From: Lama glama
Taxonomy: Eukaryota
Assembly: GCA_028534125.1 (NCBI GenBank)
Contig: CM052817.1
Location: 94,986,001-95,050,000, forward strand
Reading direction: 5' to 3'
DNA: 64,000 bases
Shown here: in pieces, positions 60,476 through 64,000 of the stretch
Numbering within the stretch: the first letter of the stretch is position 1
Layout: each line of letters starts with the position of its first letter
Position numbers and translations under genes: made by a program
The notes under the pieces: model-generated
Seen by the model: the letters and a program-made list of their open reading frames with translations, nothing else
Databases searched by the model: none
Told to the model about the DNA's origin: nothing

Positions 60476-61785
60476 GTGTGATATTGTGATATAAAAAGAT
60501 GTATTTTTTTTGGTTTTTTGTCTCTGTTTCCTGGCTGACAGCTTCTAAAACCTCTGGAATATCCAAAGTGATGTGTCTTTTTGCATGGCTGGTGGCTGGG
60601 AGCTCCTGGATCACCTCACGATGGGGGCTGGTTGCCAGGGGAACCAATCAGGTAATTAGAGAACCGGGAACTTTCAGTCACATCCTCCAGACCTCAGGGG
60701 AGGAAAGAGGGGCTGGAGGTTGAGTTAACTACCAATGGCCAATGATTTAATCAATTATACCTACATAATAAAGCCTCCATAAAAAAACCCTAATTAACTA
60801 TTGGGGCTCAGAGCACTTCCGGTTTGGTGAACACATGGGGATGCTGGGAGGGTGGCATGTCTACAGAGGACAAGAAAGCTCCAAGCCCTTCCCCCTGAAC
60901 CTAGCCCTGTGCATCTCTTCCATCTGGCTGTTCCTGAGTTATATTCTTTTATAATAAACCAGTAATCTAGTAAATTAAGCACTTCCCTGAGTTCAGTGAG
61001 CCACTCTAGCAAATTATTAAACCTGAGGTGGGAGTCATGGGAGCCTTTGATTTAATGGCTGTAAAACAACAAAAAAACAAAGAGCAGTGCCCACCACCTA
61101 GTTCTAAGGCATTAGCCACTGCAGTCACTGACTGACAGTATACCCTGAGAGAAATTAAGGATGAAAAAGAGCATGAAAAAAAAAAAAAGAAAGAAAGAAA
61201 AAGAGCATGAGGCGCTCTGTGTTTTGGAAATTAGGTCCCTTAGATAGTTTGATGTAGATTTCATGATGAATTTTAATGAACCAAGATTCTTGGATGTTTC
61301 CAGAAATAAAAAAAAAGCACTAAAATCATTAACTTGAGATGTATGTTTCCTATGACTAATAGTAATCTTTTACTGGAATGTATGCTTGAACGTATGTATT
61401 CGCTAGCCAAAACTCTTATGTAAGTTGGCTTTCCTTCTCTGTCTTTGGAGCAGTTTCCTCAAAGCTGCTGAGAGGCTGTCTCCTCGGCTAGAGTCTTCAG
61501 TAAGACCCTGAATAAACCTTAAACTCACAACACTTAGGTTGCGTGTTTTTCTTTAAGTGGACATAGACATTCAGTCAGAAGCACAACCTGGACTTGCGAA
61601 TGGCATCTGAATTAAGGGCGGTCTTGTGGGCCAGAGCACTTAACCTGTGGGGTCTGCACTAACTTCAGTTATTTAATGTCCTAATTGAATTAGAGGACAC
61701 CCAGTTGGGTGTCCAGAGAGTTCAAGAATTACTTGGTGTGGAAGACCCACAGATTTGGTGTCAGAGTGTCAGTGTGAGTAGAGGA
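60476..61785 (+). mobile_element. MER21-like LTR interrupted by a second LTR
   Basis: gtttcctggctgacagcttctaaaacctctggaat, atgggggctggttgccaggggaaccaatc, gtgagccactctagcaaattattaaacctgag. Resumes after 61563 (cagtcagaagcacaacc...ggcatctg). Confidence 0.85.
61060..61563 (+). mobile_element. ERV1-class solo LTR nested in MER21
   Basis: TG...CA termini (tgtaaaac ... aagtggaca), AATAAA at 61511, ctttggagcagtttcctcaaagctgctgagaggctgtctcc. Confidence 0.75.
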
Positions 61786-62094
61786 AATCATTTTTAAACC
61801 ATTAGCCTATTAAGTTAATGATTATGCTAGCATGTTGTTCTTTAAATAAACACTCAGTTATTCATTTCTAACAGAGTTGGCTATCTATCTCAAAGAGTAC
61901 TTCTAGAAAAAAAAATTTTTTAAATAATTTTTAAGTAGATCACTGACAATGGGGAGCTCTAAGTTACTAATGTTATCTTGTGGTAACAATCTCAGATCTA
62001 CATATAAAATGTCCTGAAGTAATATTAAACATTTTCTGAAGTAGGCAATGATACAAGTGGAGTCTAAGAAAAATCTCCATGGTACTGGTAAGAC

Positions 62095-62480
62095 TGGAAA
62101 GGAAGAGGGGCATGGGTAAGGTAACAGGCCATGATCCAAATGAGAGTGGATGAGGATTTGAACTCTGGTTGGCAGCAAGGATGGAAGGGAGATATTCAAG
62201 AAATCCACATTTTAAAGTTCAGGATTTGCCCTTTGAAAAACAAGGAAGGAGCCACAGATGCTAATTATCACGGTAAACAGTCACATCTTGATAAAAATAA
62301 AGAAACTGGGAGGGACATCTGATGAACCCAGTTTTGCCCATGTTGAACTTTAAGCAGTGACAGAACATTTGGAGATAGGAGGCTGGAACTCAGAAAAGAG
62401 ATTCAAGCTGGAAGCACAGTTGGGTGTCACCAGCAGAATGTTAATTGCTGAAATCAGTAGACTGCATGCTCTCTTTGATG
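62095..62480. mobile_element. L2 fragment
   Basis: atccaaatgagagtggatgaggatttgaact, cagttttgcccatgttgaactttaag, ggctggaactcagaaaagagattcaagctgga. Confidence 0.7.
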
Positions 62481-63096
62481 GAGAAACTACAACCATGAAA
62501 ATCAGAGAAACAGGGGCTACAGAGGGGAGAATACTAGAAATAGGCTCTTCTCATACTTCTATGCCTAATGATTAGTGGAAAATGTGACCACTTTGGTTTA
62601 AAAATTACAGCAGGCAACTTTGGTAATGGTACCTGCCTCTCAATGATCTCCCACCTCTGGAAATGTCTTATGGCTACAGGGATGGAGTCCAGTAGCCAGG
62701 TTGCAACATGCCCCTGAACATTGGTCATTGATCAAGAAAATAGAAACCTAGCTCAAGCAAAAATATTCTCTTTGTCTCCACATCTCTCTCTCTCTCTACC
62801 TCCCCTCCCTTCTCGTTCTTTCTCTCTCCCCGGCCCCATCTTTCTCTCACATGTGTATGTCTAAAACTTGGAATGAAAAGACATTGCAACTGGGCATCAC
62901 ATTTATGGTACAGCCCAACAGAAAAGGTCAACAAAGTCCCATTTCTAAGGTCCCTAAAGTTGAATCCCTAAGGTTTGGTTTTTGATTGTCCACAATAATC
63001 AGTCTCTTTCAAACAAGTGCCATCACTCCTATTTCTGCTTTATGGTACATGGAATCAGTTTCCATTGCTATGAACAAAAGACTCAAGTGATACCAC

Positions 63097-63376
63097 TGTC
63101 TTAGTCTGTTCAGGCTGCTAATACAAAATACTAGAGACTGGATAGTTTATAAATGACAGAAGTAGTGTATTTATCACAGACCTGGAGGCTGGGATGTCTA
63201 AGGTCAATGCGCCAGCAGATTTGGTGTCTGGGGAGGACCCACTTCTTGGTTCACAGATGGAGGGCTCAGCCTTGGTGACCTGAGCATCTCTCAAAGACCC
63301 TCCTCCAAACGCCATCACACCAGGGATTATGTTTCAGCATATGAAGTTGGCAGGGCCACAAACACCATGGCAACCA
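63097..63376 (-). mobile_element. MaLR LTR (MLT1A/MST-like), with an older MLT1-like remnant immediately left (~62640-63095)
   Basis: tgtcttagtctgttcaggctgcta...gccagcagatttggtgtctggggaggaccc. Confidence 0.82.
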
Positions 63377-63394
63377 CAAATATTTAATGACCAT

Positions 63395-63560
63395 CCCCTC
63401 AATGCTATTCAAGCTTAGTAGGGATATGAATCACCTAGGCATCTTGTTAAATCTAGGTTCTGATTCATAAGGCCTGGGGTGGAGCCCAGAATTCTGCATT
63501 TCGAACCAGCTCGGATGATGCCATTAAGGCCAGCCTGAAGACACACTTGAAGCAGCAGTG
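63395..63560. mobile_element. MER5-like MITE
   Basis: gaatcacctaggcatcttgttaaa...ttctgattc...ggggtggagcccagaattctgcattt. Confidence 0.8.
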
Positions 63561-64000
63561 TACCACATCACACTAACATGGTCCTCAAGGAACTCGTTGT
63601 CTGACAAGGCAGACAAGCCATACACACAGGAAATAAATAATTCAGTCACTATACAGCAGAAGGTACCCTGGAGTGATTTTAGACTTGGTTCTGTTTAAAC
63701 CTGTGTTTAAACTTGCAAATCACTGAATCAGGTTGGGCCTCCATTTCTGCATCTATGGAACAAGAGTGACGGGATGACAATCATGTCTCTCTCAGTTCTT
63801 AAATTCTATCTGTGATTACAGTTAAAATTAATTATACAAATGGGGGCATATCAATTTAGACAACTGTCCATTATATATGTGTAATAAAAAGTTATTTCTA
63901 ATAAAAGTATACATTTAATAATTTTTTAAATGTGTGCAAAACATTGGGTGGAAAAACAGTTTAATAAATAATATATACAATATTGTTTACATACATAAAC

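Noticed and set aside
1..64000. CRISPR array, prokaryotic operon/defence system, NUMT or intact autonomous element
   Set aside because: No regularly spaced repeats, no gene-dense ORFs and no mitochondrial-like sequence were seen. All transposon coding remnants are frameshifted or truncated.

Overview
Mammalian genomic DNA, AT-rich and dominated by interspersed repeats. Four tRNA-derived SINEs resemble camelid Vic-1, so the source is probably a camelid (alpaca, llama or camel); this is inference from recalled consensus, not a search. I found no credible protein-coding exon, RNA gene or CRISPR array. The listed ORFs are chance ORFs, microsatellite translations or decayed transposon proteins. 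The best-supported larger structures are: (i) a degraded two-LTR ERVL provirus (~20.5-27.3 kb) with readable protease and RT motifs and several nested insertions; (ii) a Charlie1-type hAT transposase fossil (~11.2-12.5 kb); (iii) a Tip100/Zaphod-type hAT fossil inside the ERVL 5' LTR; (iv) an ancient L3/CR1 RT fossil (~48.3-49.2 kb); (v) many L1, L2, MIR, MaLR and MER elements, several with target-site duplications (TSDs). Unique DNA holds a candidate minus-strand muscle-type promoter/enhancer (TATA, E-box, MEF2, AP-1; ~2.4-2.9 kb) and two candidate minus-strand non-coding exons. The sequence alone does not support a previously undescribed biological system. Repeat family names are from memory and need Dfam/RepeatMasker confirmation, and many boundaries are approximate.
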